From the IMG/VR virus record IMGVR_UViG_3300028844_006787: a stretch of 64,000 nucleotides of DNA; one strand, written 5' to 3'. Each line of letters opens with the position of its first letter. Positions within the stretch are counted from its first letter, which is position 1. The stretch is from a virus (lineage: Duplodnaviria > Caudoviricetes). Shown here one piece after another: positions 1 to 9,099 of this stretch. The notes below the pieces were generated by a model. That model was given only the letters and a program-made list of their open reading frames with translations, searched no databases and was not told the DNA's origin. The translations under genes were made by a program, and so were the position numbers.

Positions 1-102
1 ATTTGCACTCATTAAACGATAACCACGACTTAAAGCAAATGCTTTTCCTGTGTCGTTGTGTTGAATAAGCACATAAGGAATATCTTTTGGATTCTTTGTC
101 AT
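1..102 (-). CDS. partial small hypothetical protein (3' end outside window)
   Basis: ATG at 102, 5 nt after the stop of 108..725; reads MTKNPKDIPYVLIQHNDTGKAFALSRGY... open to the window edge. Confidence 0.55.
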   Translation of the reverse strand, partial: MTKNPKDIPYVLIQHNDTGKAFALSRGYRLMSAN

Positions 103-107
103 TTTAA

Positions 108-725
108 TTAGTTGTATGCTGAATACGAATAAGTTTTTGCTTTTAAGTTAGCACGTTTTTTCAGTTCAGATTGTTCAGTTAAATAAGTTTCAAAGTTAAT
201 AACATCGCAATTATAGTCGTAAGCAAAAACAATGTTCTTGAACTTTCCGGTGTCGTCACGTTCATCGTTCAACTTGATACCGATGGTGTGATATTCTTTT
301 GAATGATAAGAAAACTTTTCAGGACGACCCACCCAAAATACTTCTCCGATAGTTCCACGATTTTTGCGACCACGAGTTACTTCAACTCGTTTTCCGATTT
401 TAATAGACTTAGCATTTTCTATATCACTTTCAATCGCAAACTTTAAAAAGTATTTTTCTTTTTCTGCTTTTGCTTTTTCAATAATCTCAGGAGTCGCATC
501 AACTTTTGCTCCGTAACCTTCTGAGTAAAAACGAGTTGTTGCATATTGTTTGTGAATCAAACAATTTTGTTCGTCATCCCAAACAACTGCATAAAAATCA
601 GAATCGTTGTATCCGTTGTCTTCGTAAACTTCAAGAACACGTTCGGTATAAGTTTCTTTGGTTTCAATGATCTCAGCAAGACCACCATCACGTTTGTCGG
701 AATAAATCGGTGTGTATATTGGCAT
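108..725 (-). CDS. phage hypothetical protein with a KOW/SH3-like C-terminal segment
   Basis: 205 aa ORF directly downstream of conserved promoter copy 1; GKRVEVTRGRK..GT.GEVFW resembles a KOW-type motif. Confidence 0.75.
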   Translation of the reverse strand: MPIYTPIYSDKRDGGLAEIIETKETYTERVLEVYEDNGYNDSDFYAVVWDDEQNCLIHKQYATTRFYSEGYGAKVDATPEIIEKAKAEKEKYFLKFAIESDIENAKSIKIGKRVEVTRGRKNRGTIGEVFWVGRPEKFSYHSKEYHTIGIKLNDERDDTGKFKNIVFAYDYNCDVINFETYLTEQSELKKRANLKAKTYSYSAYN

Positions 726-775
726 TGTTTTTCTCTCGTTATTTAAGTTTCTCTTTTCTCACTCTCAATATAAAT

Positions 776-804
776 ACATTACCAAAATTATTATAAAAAG
801 TCAA
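776..804 (-). promoter_or_regulatory. conserved sigma70-like phage promoter, copy 1 (TTGACT-17-TAATGT)
   Basis: minus strand TTGACT ttttataataattttgg TAATGT; near-identical copies at seven other intergenic sites. Confidence 0.85.
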
Positions 805-818
805 CACCTAAATGCAAA

Positions 819-1481
819 TTAAGCAAAAATAAATTCAGTATTTTCAATTTTATTGTGCAAAATAGTTTGCTTTTGATCATTACGTTCATTGTGACCTTTG
901 ATTTTAAAAGTTCCTTTGATTTTCGTTCCTTTGGGCATAGGAGCATTTTCATCGTTGTTCCAAAATTCTCTCCAAATAACGAATACATTGTCGTCTGAAT
1001 CTTTGAGTGTAGTTAAATGTCCTGTTCCCCAATTTGTGGAAAAACTATTTTGAAACATAATGCTAAGTTCTTTTTCTATAGATTGATTTATTTCACCAAT
1101 AAATTGACTTTTTGCTTTCCACTTTTTAATGTTGTTTGCTTTGCGTTCATCTGCTTCAGCAACAAGTCTTTCGTTGTTTTTAAAGAAATTGATTTTGTTT
1201 TGACGTTCTTTTTCAGTAACTTCTTTATCAATAAAGTACCAACGACCTGTGAACTTGCCTGTTTTAAATAATCCACTTGGTTCAATCTCAGCAGGATGAT
1301 TAGTGCATTTAGAAGATGGATGAAATGCTTTAACACGACCATGTTCCTTAACCACAAAAAATTCATCACAATCAGAATCAGGAACATGAATGTAATATCC
1401 ATCATCCGTCATACCAACGGGATTAAACATTGTTTCTTTGTATCCTTTTAGAAACTTACCGTTTTTAAATATTCTTGCCAT
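819..1481 (-). CDS. phage protein with probable C-terminal OB-fold nucleic-acid-binding domain
   Basis: start moved to MARIFK (1481) because the ORF-track start overlaps promoter copy 2; C-terminal FIGEI...NWG...LKDSDDNVFVIW...GTFKIKGH looks like an OB fold. Confidence 0.65.
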   Translation of the reverse strand: MARIFKNGKFLKGYKETMFNPVGMTDDGYYIHVPDSDCDEFFVVKEHGRVKAFHPSSKCTNHPAEIEPSGLFKTGKFTGRWYFIDKEVTEKERQNKINFFKNNERLVAEADERKANNIKKWKAKSQFIGEINQSIEKELSIMFQNSFSTNWGTGHLTTLKDSDDNVFVIWREFWNNDENAPMPKGTKIKGTFKIKGHNERNDQKQTILHNKIENTEFIFA

Positions 1482-1503
1482 AATCTCTCTTAACTCTATA
1501 ATA

Positions 1504-1532
1504 ACCTTACCAAAGTTATTATAAAAAGTCAA
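1504..1532 (-). promoter_or_regulatory. conserved promoter copy 2 (TTGACT-17-TAAGGT)
   Basis: TTGACT ttttataataactttgg TAAGGT. Confidence 0.85.
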
Positions 1533-1541
1533 CAAAAAAGA

Positions 1542-2183
1542 TCATGTCCACAAATATTCTCTGATTTCTATAATTTGAATTAGTTTTTGTTGAATCTCTG
1601 TATCAAGTTCAGTTTCTAAATTTTTTAATCTATCAAACGAATCTTTGTCGTAATCAGGATCACCAAGAAGTTGCTCAAACGATTTTTCTGCATATAATGC
1701 ACTTCTCAATTTTTCTATTCTTGCTTCTTTGTATGGAAGTAATTGTTTCACGAACTTGTAAATTTCATCTATCTTGTTTTTAACTTCCAACATAGTTTCG
1801 TTTGCTTCCCAATCTGTTAAATGTATATCTTCGTTTTCCACGAAATCTACAATACTAGCAAACAAAAACTCCTTGATAAGTTCTGTTTTATCGCAGTATG
1901 TATGAGGAATTGTTTTTCTTGCCCATGAATTTCTTGGAACTAATTTTCTCCAAGTGTTATCAATTATTTTATCTTTAATTACCTCAACAGAAATTAAAAT
2001 ATTTTCAATGGTATTTCTAATAAAAAATTGAAAAGGATATTTGCGTTTCCAATATTCCTCAAATGTTTCATCTTGATTTATTTCATAATACATCGGAAGA
2101 CGATACCAAAATCCAAGAAAGTGTCTTTCTGAAAAAGAAAGTTTTTCATATTCTTTGACATTGCTAACATTTATGTATTTCAT
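1542..2183 (-). CDS. hypothetical protein
   Basis: long ORF; ATG at 2183 overlaps the stop of the upstream gene (TAATG). Confidence 0.7.
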   Translation of the reverse strand: MKYINVSNVKEYEKLSFSERHFLGFWYRLPMYYEINQDETFEEYWKRKYPFQFFIRNTIENILISVEVIKDKIIDNTWRKLVPRNSWARKTIPHTYCDKTELIKEFLFASIVDFVENEDIHLTDWEANETMLEVKNKIDEIYKFVKQLLPYKEARIEKLRSALYAEKSFEQLLGDPDYDKDSFDRLKNLETELDTEIQQKLIQIIEIREYLWT

Positions 2184-2737
2184 TACCACGGAAGTATTTT
2201 TTGCTCGTACCGAAACCAATTAGAAATTAGTGTTTGTAACGACTTATAAATATATCTTGAAGTTTTCTGAATCGGAGTTTTGTATAAACTTTTGTAAATG
2301 GGAAACCACCAAGATTTTGTTAATTGATTGTATCGTTCTCGTTCTGCATCGTATTCTGCTTGATAACGTTTACGTTCATTGTTTGAATGCTTTTCAAATT
2401 CTTTTAATTTAATGTCATCTAAGTTTCCACCTGAAAATTTAGCAAGAAACGAAACCGTATAATCGTATTTATCTCGCAGTTCGTATGTATAAAATTCAAG
2501 TTCTCCGTGATAATTAGATTCTACTTCTTCAAGTATTTGTGTATGATCATCAAAAAAATCTGTTCTTCCTGCACGAACCATCAACTTACCTTGTTTGCTG
2601 ATTCGATAATCATCCATTAGACAATTCATAGTTTTGCTTTGAAACGCAAGTTTATTCCATTCCAAGTTTTCTAACTCTTTACAATTTTTCGGAAGTGGTA
2701 AATCATATTCACACACTACATAATCAAACATTCCCAT
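2183..2737 (-). CDS. phage hypothetical protein (MGMFD...FQSK type)
   Basis: 184 aa, translationally coupled to neighbours; N-terminal MGMFDYVVC..LP....FQSK pattern typical of uncharacterised phage proteins. Confidence 0.75.
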   Translation of the reverse strand: MGMFDYVVCEYDLPLPKNCKELENLEWNKLAFQSKTMNCLMDDYRISKQGKLMVRAGRTDFFDDHTQILEEVESNYHGELEFYTYELRDKYDYTVSFLAKFSGGNLDDIKLKEFEKHSNNERKRYQAEYDAERERYNQLTKSWWFPIYKSLYKTPIQKTSRYIYKSLQTLISNWFRYEQKILPW

Positions 2738-2979
2738 TATCTTAATCTTTCTGCAATATCAATTATTAAATCATCTTCTGTGACACTTGTATTTAATTCT
2801 TGTGATAATAAAACATATTCTTCGGTAGTTAAATTATAATCTGCAAATGCACTTAAATCAGTAACAATAGATTGATCCCATCCTTGTTCAATTTTTTCAA
2901 GTGCAGATAATATTCTTTGCACTTCATCACGATATTCAAATACTTTTTCTCGTGATGCAACTTCAATATTATCAATCAT
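2737..2979 (-). CDS. small acidic hypothetical protein
   Basis: 80 aa, overlapping start/stop with both neighbours. Confidence 0.7.
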   Translation of the reverse strand: MIDNIEVASREKVFEYRDEVQRILSALEKIEQGWDQSIVTDLSAFADYNLTTEEYVLLSQELNTSVTEDDLIIDIAERLR

Positions 2980-3278
2980 ATTAAATCTTTCTTTGTTACA
3001 CTTTTGGCAGACGAGTCAACCGAAAAAATATCATCGTCAATGTCATCATAATCGTCAACTGATTCTGTATACTCAAATTCATCTTCATCATCTTGTTCAT
3101 TTTTTATTATATACGGTTCAATAGCATCACTATCAAAAATTCTATCTATATTTTCTGGATGATATCCAGAAGCAACTAAAAGTCCTCTGATTTTATCAAC
3201 GACCGTGTAAATATCATAATCATGGGATTCAGATTCCCATGTAAATTTTTCTCCATATAATTCTATTTCTATTTTCAT
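2976..3278 (-). CDS. acidic hypothetical protein
   Basis: 100 aa, D/E-rich tail, first gene after the terminator at 3317-3355. Confidence 0.7.
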   Translation of the reverse strand: MKIEIELYGEKFTWESESHDYDIYTVVDKIRGLLVASGYHPENIDRIFDSDAIEPYIIKNEQDDEDEFEYTESVDDYDDIDDDIFSVDSSAKSVTKKDLI

Positions 3279-3316
3279 GGTTATATTTTAATTCATACCA
3301 CAAAATAAATCAAGCC

Positions 3317-3355
3317 AAAAAAAAGGTGGGACTCCCGAGAGAAAGGAGTCCCACC
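3317..3355 (-). terminator. intrinsic terminator after the AAA ATPase gene
   Basis: perfect 11-bp stem GGTGGGACTCC/GGAGTCCCACC followed by an 8-U run on the minus strand. Confidence 0.9.
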
Positions 3356-3378
3356 GAGTGAGAGAACCGACTACTTAA

Positions 3379-4575
3379 TCAGTATGGAACTGATTCATTT
3401 TCATCGGGATTGAGAGAAAATAATTCCTCGGGAGTATCTTCACTCTGAACATACTTTTGCACGAATTGCTTCATGTATGTTCTTTCGGAATCTGCTCCAC
3501 CATCTTCAGAGAAGTGAGGATAAATTGCGGCCTCGGCAATTTCAAGAAGAGTAAATCCGTCATAAGCAAGACCTGCCATTTCTACTGCACTACGAGTAGA
3601 AAGTGAATCGGTAATTTTTGCCTCTGCACTACGAACAACCTTACGAGTATGAGTAGTAATTTCGGAAATTGTTCCGATCATATTAATGTCGGCATCAGGA
3701 TAAAGCAACTTCAACAAAGAAACTTCTTCTTCGTAATCAAGTTCATCCATTTCTACGGTTACAAAACGATCAAGCAATGCTCTGTCCATTACTCGTGTAG
3801 AAGTATATTCGTTACCTACATTTGCAGTTGCTACGAATGTAACTCCATCTGCGACAGGTACAACTTCTGAATCTTCTGATTCATCTAAACGAACATAACG
3901 TTGAAGTGGATCAAGTGGAGTCATCAAAATGTTCCACGCATCAGGATGTGCTCTTGATAATTCATCAAGAAGAATAATAGAATTAGGAGTACGAATTGCT
4001 TTAATAAAAGAACTTTCAGCAAATACGGTTCCGGTTTCCTTCTTGAAATGAGTATTACCAATCAAAGAACTACGAGGATCTTGAGTTGCTCCAAGATTGA
4101 AATAATAAAAAGGACGATCAAGAACTTCTGCAAGAGTCTTACTTGCAAGAGTTTTACCGCAACCGGAATTACCGGTCATAATAACATTCTTACCACGAAC
4201 TGCTGAACGAACCAAATACTTCCACTTGGTTTCATTCATAAACAATTTTTGTGGTTTAAGATTAAAGCACTTGCCAAGAAAATCTACAATCTCTGTGTGC
4301 TTTTCAGGAACCTCAACGATTTCCATGTTTGCTTCGTCACGTGAAGTAGTAGGAGAAGACTTGGTATCAACTGATACAAACTCTTCAATGTTTACCAATC
4401 TCCAAAACGGACGACCTGTTTTTCCAATAGCACGTTGAAGTGCTTGGTTGTTGTTAAATGCTTTTTTACGCATCGTGGAAGAAATTCCTTTTATCACATT
4501 TCCATCTGCATCTACTGCATTGAAACGAGTTTTATTTTTCTGCACTCTTACTACAATCTCACTAATATTTTCCAT
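3379..4575 (-). CDS. MoxR/CbbQ/NorQ (CobS-like) AAA+ ATPase
   Basis: Walker A GNSGCGKT, Walker B ILLDELSR, sensor ATAN, MDRALLDRF, LSTR. Confidence 0.9.
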   Translation of the reverse strand: MENISEIVVRVQKNKTRFNAVDADGNVIKGISSTMRKKAFNNNQALQRAIGKTGRPFWRLVNIEEFVSVDTKSSPTTSRDEANMEIVEVPEKHTEIVDFLGKCFNLKPQKLFMNETKWKYLVRSAVRGKNVIMTGNSGCGKTLASKTLAEVLDRPFYYFNLGATQDPRSSLIGNTHFKKETGTVFAESSFIKAIRTPNSIILLDELSRAHPDAWNILMTPLDPLQRYVRLDESEDSEVVPVADGVTFVATANVGNEYTSTRVMDRALLDRFVTVEMDELDYEEEVSLLKLLYPDADINMIGTISEITTHTRKVVRSAEAKITDSLSTRSAVEMAGLAYDGFTLLEIAEAAIYPHFSEDGGADSERTYMKQFVQKYVQSEDTPEELFSLNPDENESVPY

Positions 4576-4613
4576 AATTTTTTTTGTTTAATGTTCTCTC
4601 AGTTTGTTTATAT

Positions 4614-4642
4614 AGATTACTAAATTTATTATAAAAAGTCAA
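4614..4642 (-). promoter_or_regulatory. conserved promoter copy 3 (TTGACT-17-TAATCT)
   Basis: TTGACT ttttataataaatttag TAATCT upstream of the AAA gene. Confidence 0.85.
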
Positions 4643-4646
4643 GCCC

Positions 4647-4901
4647 TTATTTTTCCATTAACTCTTCAATTCCGAAAATTTTATCTTGGCAAGTTTGGCA
4701 CAAACCAGAGATATGAAATTCACGTAATGCTATATCATCACGAAATGAATTTTCTGTGAGTTCTTCTACTCCACAAGAAACGCAAGTTCTATTGGTAATT
4801 GCAGTTTTGCGATCAACTCCATATAAACTTTTAAAGAGGTCATTTACTTTCTCACTTTTAAGTGATGGAACTGGTTGCCACTTTAATTCATCGTCTCTCA
4901 T
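4647..4901 (-). CDS. small dual-CxxC putative zinc-binding phage protein
   Basis: CVSC...FRDD...REF.ISGLCQTCQD. Confidence 0.75.
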   Translation of the reverse strand: MRDDELKWQPVPSLKSEKVNDLFKSLYGVDRKTAITNRTCVSCGVEELTENSFRDDIALREFHISGLCQTCQDKIFGIEELMEK

Positions 4902-4910
4902 TATTCTTAA

Positions 4911-4939
4911 ATCCTACAAAATTTATTATAAAAAGTCAA
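4911..4939 (-). promoter_or_regulatory. conserved promoter copy 4 (TTGACT-17-TAGGAT)
   Basis: TTGACT ttttataataaattttg TAGGAT; ATG lies 9 nt downstream of the -10. Confidence 0.8.
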
Positions 4940-4947
4940 CACCTAAA

Positions 4948-7248
4948 TTACACTTTCTCAAGAAACTTTTTGTTCATTGTCTTGGCAACTTCGTGAATAT
5001 TATTAACATTAATAAATTGAGAATCTTTGCCATACATATTTCTGAATGTTCTTGCAAGAGATTCACGATGCCAACTACTATCTTCTACAAAATAACTCGA
5101 AACACGAATTCCTTTTTTACGAAGTGCATCTACTTGACGTTTGGTATGAGAAACCGCAGAGTTTCCTGCGTAATCAAAACCATTAACACCTTTAACACTA
5201 AAATAAGGTTGGCCATCTGAAATATTAACGAAATAAACATCTCGTTCATTTGTTGAAGGAACAAAAGTTTTGCTTAATGCTTCAAAGCACAATCCTTCCG
5301 GAGTATAACCACTTGGACTAAGCATCGGAAACAAATTCTTGATTTTTGCAAATGAATCTTTTGTTGAATCATAAGCAATTGCAACATAAGGAAAGTTTCC
5401 ATGAGTTGTACGAAAATCAATGCGAACATCAAGATTATCAATCATGCTTGCGGCCTTTGCCATTGCAACACTGGCAGACATTGTACGATGCCACTTGCTA
5501 TTTTCATTGGAATGACTTCCACTAAACATACTTGAACTGGCATCAATGCTGATATACAACATTGCTTTTTTGAATTTGCTGATTTCAAGATGACCAAATA
5601 CATTTTCCATTCCGTAACCAAGTTCATTGATTAAACGTCTTTCAATTCTTCCGGTGCGTTGACGCATAGTACGAAGTTCACGAACCTCACTACGAATTTT
5701 AAGTTTCTTTCCAAGAACAACACCCATTGTAATTCCTCGTTCAACACTTTTAGATGAAAAGTTAGGACGCATATAAACTTTCATTGGAAAATCTTCTGCA
5801 TCAATTACTGCTTTTGTAAGATTCTTAACAACGATACAATCAATAGGATTTACTTTTGAATCACTATGATAACCTTCATAATCAGAGCCAACTTGAACAA
5901 CTTCAGAACCACTCTGTTCGGCTGCTTTCATTGCTTCTTGATCTTTTTTAGAAGCACTTTTTTTCTTGAGATTACCATTCAAAAAGTCTTTTTGTTTTTG
6001 AAGTTGGTTTTCTATACGTTTCTTGGCAGACTTGCTGAGTTCTTTTTTCTTTTTGTTTCCGTTGTCTTCATCAGAATCTTCAGATGAACTAGAAGTTTCA
6101 TTGTCACCATCAGAATCAGAATTTGATGATTTGTTTTTTGCATCATCACCTGACTTCATATTAGATGAAGATTTTCCATCAGAATCGTTATCACCCGAAG
6201 ATGAAGATTTTCCATCAGAATCGTTATCACCCGAAGATGAAGACTTTGATTCGGAATTATCGTCATCAGATTCTTCATTGTCTTTAAAATCATTGTTCTG
6301 AAAGTCAACATCAGGATCACCTTCCTTACTGCTTTTGTTGTTTTTGGCATCGTTCATTGAAGATTCCCAATCAACATTTTTGACCACAACTTCAACAATA
6401 TCAACTGCGACTTCAAGAGCATCAAATGAATTTTTGATACGAGAAATATTATTTAAATCAAGAATCTTAACAATCTCACGAAGACCTTTAAGAGCATCTA
6501 AATCACGTGCTTCGTTAAGAAGATTGATAATACGCATACTATAACTACCAAGTGTTTCATCGCAATATTCACCACTTTCAAGTGCCTTAGATACATCTTT
6601 GGTAAGAAAATATTTGTTGTATAATGCCATATAATACTCACGATATCCTGGAGCATTTGTAAACACATAATTATCAATGCGTCTATCTTCCACCCAATTC
6701 CACATATCTTTGATATATCCAACCATTTGACGTTGAAGTTTAATCAAACCACTTTCATTTAAATGCTTTTTAATATCTTCAATTTCAATTAAATCTTGCA
6801 GAAACTTTTGCATTTTTTCTTCTGCTTTATTATCAGATTTAAAATCGTCACGTAGAATAGGAAAACGATACTCTGCATATCGTGCAGTTTCTTCACCGAT
6901 GATTCTTGATATTACTTTAAAATCACTCAATAAAATATGAGATGCTTCATGAAGAGCAAGTCCTACATCCGAATCAAATGTGTCGTTATTAGCATCTGCT
7001 GAAATAACAACCTTTTTACCATCGGTATAATTTTGACCTTTACAATTAAACTCAACAGGAATTTGTTGACCAGTTAAAATACTAACAAAGTTGGCAATAG
7101 CACGACGTCTACCCGACAACTTAATTAAGTCTCCGTAACTAATTCCACCTTTGCGTACTTGATGCGAACCATCAGCAAGCAAATCATCATCTTCAAATTC
7201 ATCTTCATCCATCCAAAACGAACTATGCAAATCTTTTAATAAACTCAT
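4948..7248 (-). CDS. HExxH metallopeptidase-like N-domain + acidic linker + vWA (MIDAS) domain protein, CobT-like partner of the AAA ATPase
   Basis: LALHEASH, NWVEDRRID, S/D-rich linker, MIDAS IDASSSM, TPEG, ISDGQP. Confidence 0.85.
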   Translation of the reverse strand: MSLLKDLHSSFWMDEDEFEDDDLLADGSHQVRKGGISYGDLIKLSGRRRAIANFVSILTGQQIPVEFNCKGQNYTDGKKVVISADANNDTFDSDVGLALHEASHILLSDFKVISRIIGEETARYAEYRFPILRDDFKSDNKAEEKMQKFLQDLIEIEDIKKHLNESGLIKLQRQMVGYIKDMWNWVEDRRIDNYVFTNAPGYREYYMALYNKYFLTKDVSKALESGEYCDETLGSYSMRIINLLNEARDLDALKGLREIVKILDLNNISRIKNSFDALEVAVDIVEVVVKNVDWESSMNDAKNNKSSKEGDPDVDFQNNDFKDNEESDDDNSESKSSSSGDNDSDGKSSSSGDNDSDGKSSSNMKSGDDAKNKSSNSDSDGDNETSSSSEDSDEDNGNKKKKELSKSAKKRIENQLQKQKDFLNGNLKKKSASKKDQEAMKAAEQSGSEVVQVGSDYEGYHSDSKVNPIDCIVVKNLTKAVIDAEDFPMKVYMRPNFSSKSVERGITMGVVLGKKLKIRSEVRELRTMRQRTGRIERRLINELGYGMENVFGHLEISKFKKAMLYISIDASSSMFSGSHSNENSKWHRTMSASVAMAKAASMIDNLDVRIDFRTTHGNFPYVAIAYDSTKDSFAKIKNLFPMLSPSGYTPEGLCFEALSKTFVPSTNERDVYFVNISDGQPYFSVKGVNGFDYAGNSAVSHTKRQVDALRKKGIRVSSYFVEDSSWHRESLARTFRNMYGKDSQFINVNNIHEVAKTMNKKFLEKV
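6163..6243. repeat. 36-bp tandem direct repeat (2 full copies + partial) in the vWA protein linker
   Basis: AGATGAAGATTTTCCATCAGAATCGTTATCACCCGA x2; encodes SSSSGDNDSDGK repeats. Confidence 0.9.
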
Positions 7249-7284
7249 ATTTTTTTAATTACCTTTCTCACTCTTAATACACAT

Positions 7285-7313
7285 AGATTACCAAAATTAT
7301 TATAAAAAGTCAA
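7285..7313 (-). promoter_or_regulatory. conserved promoter copy 5 (TTGACT-17-TAATCT)
   Basis: TTGACT ttttataataattttgg TAATCT. Confidence 0.85.
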
Positions 7314-7363
7314 CACCTAAATTTCATTTTCGTGAAAAAAGTTGAAACTTTTTAATTCGGCAA

Positions 7364-7546
7364 TCACAAATGTATGTTGGGATTTGGTGGTAATTGTTTT
7401 TTGAGTTCTTTGATTCTATGACGGATACCACCTATGGTTGTTTTCATCCAACCACAATCGTGCGGAAGAATTTGTGCTTCATACCATTTTATGGTTTCTT
7501 CCAAAACCTTAATGTGATCTTCTATTGTGAGTTTCTTGCTTTTCAC
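7364..7546 (-). CDS. small hypothetical protein
   Basis: 60 aa, 4-nt overlap with upstream gene. Confidence 0.6.
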   Translation of the reverse strand: MKSKKLTIEDHIKVLEETIKWYEAQILPHDCGWMKTTIGGIRHRIKELKKQLPPNPNIHL

Positions 7547-7725
7547 TTGTTGATTTTAACGATGCCAACTAATGATAATGTCACACTTAAAATATAAAGT
7601 GTGCGAAATGCAAGTTGCTGAGTTGGATCAATTGGTTCAAACGATGCAAGAAATCCATATATTGAAAAACACAACAAACAACCAAGCAATAAACTAGATA
7701 ATAAACGATATAGAATTTTTATCAT
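7543..7725 (-). CDS. small membrane protein (2 TM)
   Basis: two hydrophobic helices; coupled to the DUF1080 gene. Confidence 0.6.
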   Translation of the reverse strand: MIKILYRLLSSLLLGCLLCFSIYGFLASFEPIDPTQQLAFRTLYILSVTLSLVGIVKINK

Positions 7726-8396
7726 TTTAGTATAATGTTACGATAATAAACTTTCATTGGAGGTCCTGCGTGAACTTGCAACGCAAGAAGTCCTTCTGAT
7801 TTTCGGTGCTTGGTATCATTATCTATTACTTCACACATTTTTTTGTTGTTGATGTAATGTTCAAAGTGAAATTCATTTGCTACGATGCGATAATGATTCC
7901 ATTGATTCTTTTTAATGTAACTTCCAAGTTCAGTTGCATTTCCAATTTTAGTGATTTTTTTGATTAACTTTCCATCAGAAGTTCTTGATAATATAGTAGA
8001 ATCTCCTCGCAATGATAATATTCCACGAAATGATTCTCCGTAGCATATTCCTGAGAATTTATCTCCTGATTCAAAATCAGCCTGATACCCACCCACTCGG
8101 AATCCATCGTTATTACCAGGTTTCAAAAAACTTCTGTATTGAATTCCACTATTTCCAGTTTCTATTTTACACTCAAGACTTAACTCAAAGTTTTTTAATG
8201 TTCCGTTTTTCCAAATTAGAAATGTGTTTCCTTTTGTTGGATTTTGTTTTGTATTTGTTCCAACGATTGATTGATTTTGTACACTCCAATGTTGTGAATT
8301 ACCTGACCATCCATTTAAAGTTTTTCCGTCAAATAATGATTGCTCGGCAATTAGTGCATTACACAATAAAACTTTTAAAATAAAGATACTTCTCAC
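7722..8396 (-). CDS. DUF1080 / 3-keto-disaccharide hydrolase family protein with possible signal peptide
   Basis: [47 protein letters not shown]. Confidence 0.85.
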   Translation of the reverse strand: MRSIFILKVLLCNALIAEQSLFDGKTLNGWSGNSQHWSVQNQSIVGTNTKQNPTKGNTFLIWKNGTLKNFELSLECKIETGNSGIQYRSFLKPGNNDGFRVGGYQADFESGDKFSGICYGESFRGILSLRGDSTILSRTSDGKLIKKITKIGNATELGSYIKKNQWNHYRIVANEFHFEHYINNKKMCEVIDNDTKHRKSEGLLALQVHAGPPMKVYYRNIILK

Positions 8397-9010
8397 TTTT
8401 CAGAATCTGATATGCGTTCTACAACTTCGTCAATCAAACCATATTCTTTTGCTTCAATAGCAGTCATGTAATAATCACGATCTGTATCCTTTTCAATTTT
8501 TTTGTAAGGTTGACCACTATTATCAGCAAGAACTTGATTTAGAATTCTTCTCCAACGAAGAATCTCTTGTGCTGAAATACTAATATCACTTGCTTGTCCT
8601 TGTGCTCCACCACTTGGTTGATGAATCATTACCCTACTATTCGGAAGAGCAAAACGTTTGCCTTTAGTTCCACTTGATAATAATACTGCTCCCATGCTTG
8701 CAGCCATACCAATGCAATAAGTTGTTACATCACACTCCATAAATCGTAGTGTATCATAAATTGCCATTCCATCTGCAACACTTCCTCCGGGTGAATTGAT
8801 ATAAACATGAACATCCTTCTTGGGGTCTTCCATTTGCAAAAACAAAAGTTGAGCAATAATAGAGTTGGTTACATACGAATCAATTTGTGTTCCGATAAAA
8901 ATAATTCTATCACGAAGCAAACGACTATAAATGTCCCACGCACGTTCTTGACGACCCTCACGTTCATAAACGTGTGGAAGAGGTAAATAAACATTATTTT
9001 GAATTTCCAT
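8393..9010 (-). CDS. clpP: ATP-dependent Clp protease proteolytic subunit
   Basis: [20 protein letters not shown], catalytic Ser in GMAASMG, His in MIHQP, Asp in DRD; likely start MEIQNN at 9010. Confidence 0.95.
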   Translation of the reverse strand: MEIQNNVYLPLPHVYEREGRQERAWDIYSRLLRDRIIFIGTQIDSYVTNSIIAQLLFLQMEDPKKDVHVYINSPGGSVADGMAIYDTLRFMECDVTTYCIGMAASMGAVLLSSGTKGKRFALPNSRVMIHQPSGGAQGQASDISISAQEILRWRRILNQVLADNSGQPYKKIEKDTDRDYYMTAIEAKEYGLIDEVVERISDSEK

Positions 9011-9099
9011 ATCTAACTTAGAATAATGCAACAATCATCTTTGTCAAATGTTTTTATTTTTTTATATTTTTCGTTTTATCACCCATACATTTGCCTATG

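Noticed and set aside
776-804. Bacteroidota-type TAnnTTTG promoter inside the repeat
   Set aside because: Present in some copies but broken in copies 3, 4 and 7, whereas TTGACT-17-TAnnnT holds in all eight.
6163-6243. 36-bp tandem repeat as a regulatory or mobile element
   Set aside because: In-frame duplication inside a low-complexity Ser/Asp linker; ordinary slippage.
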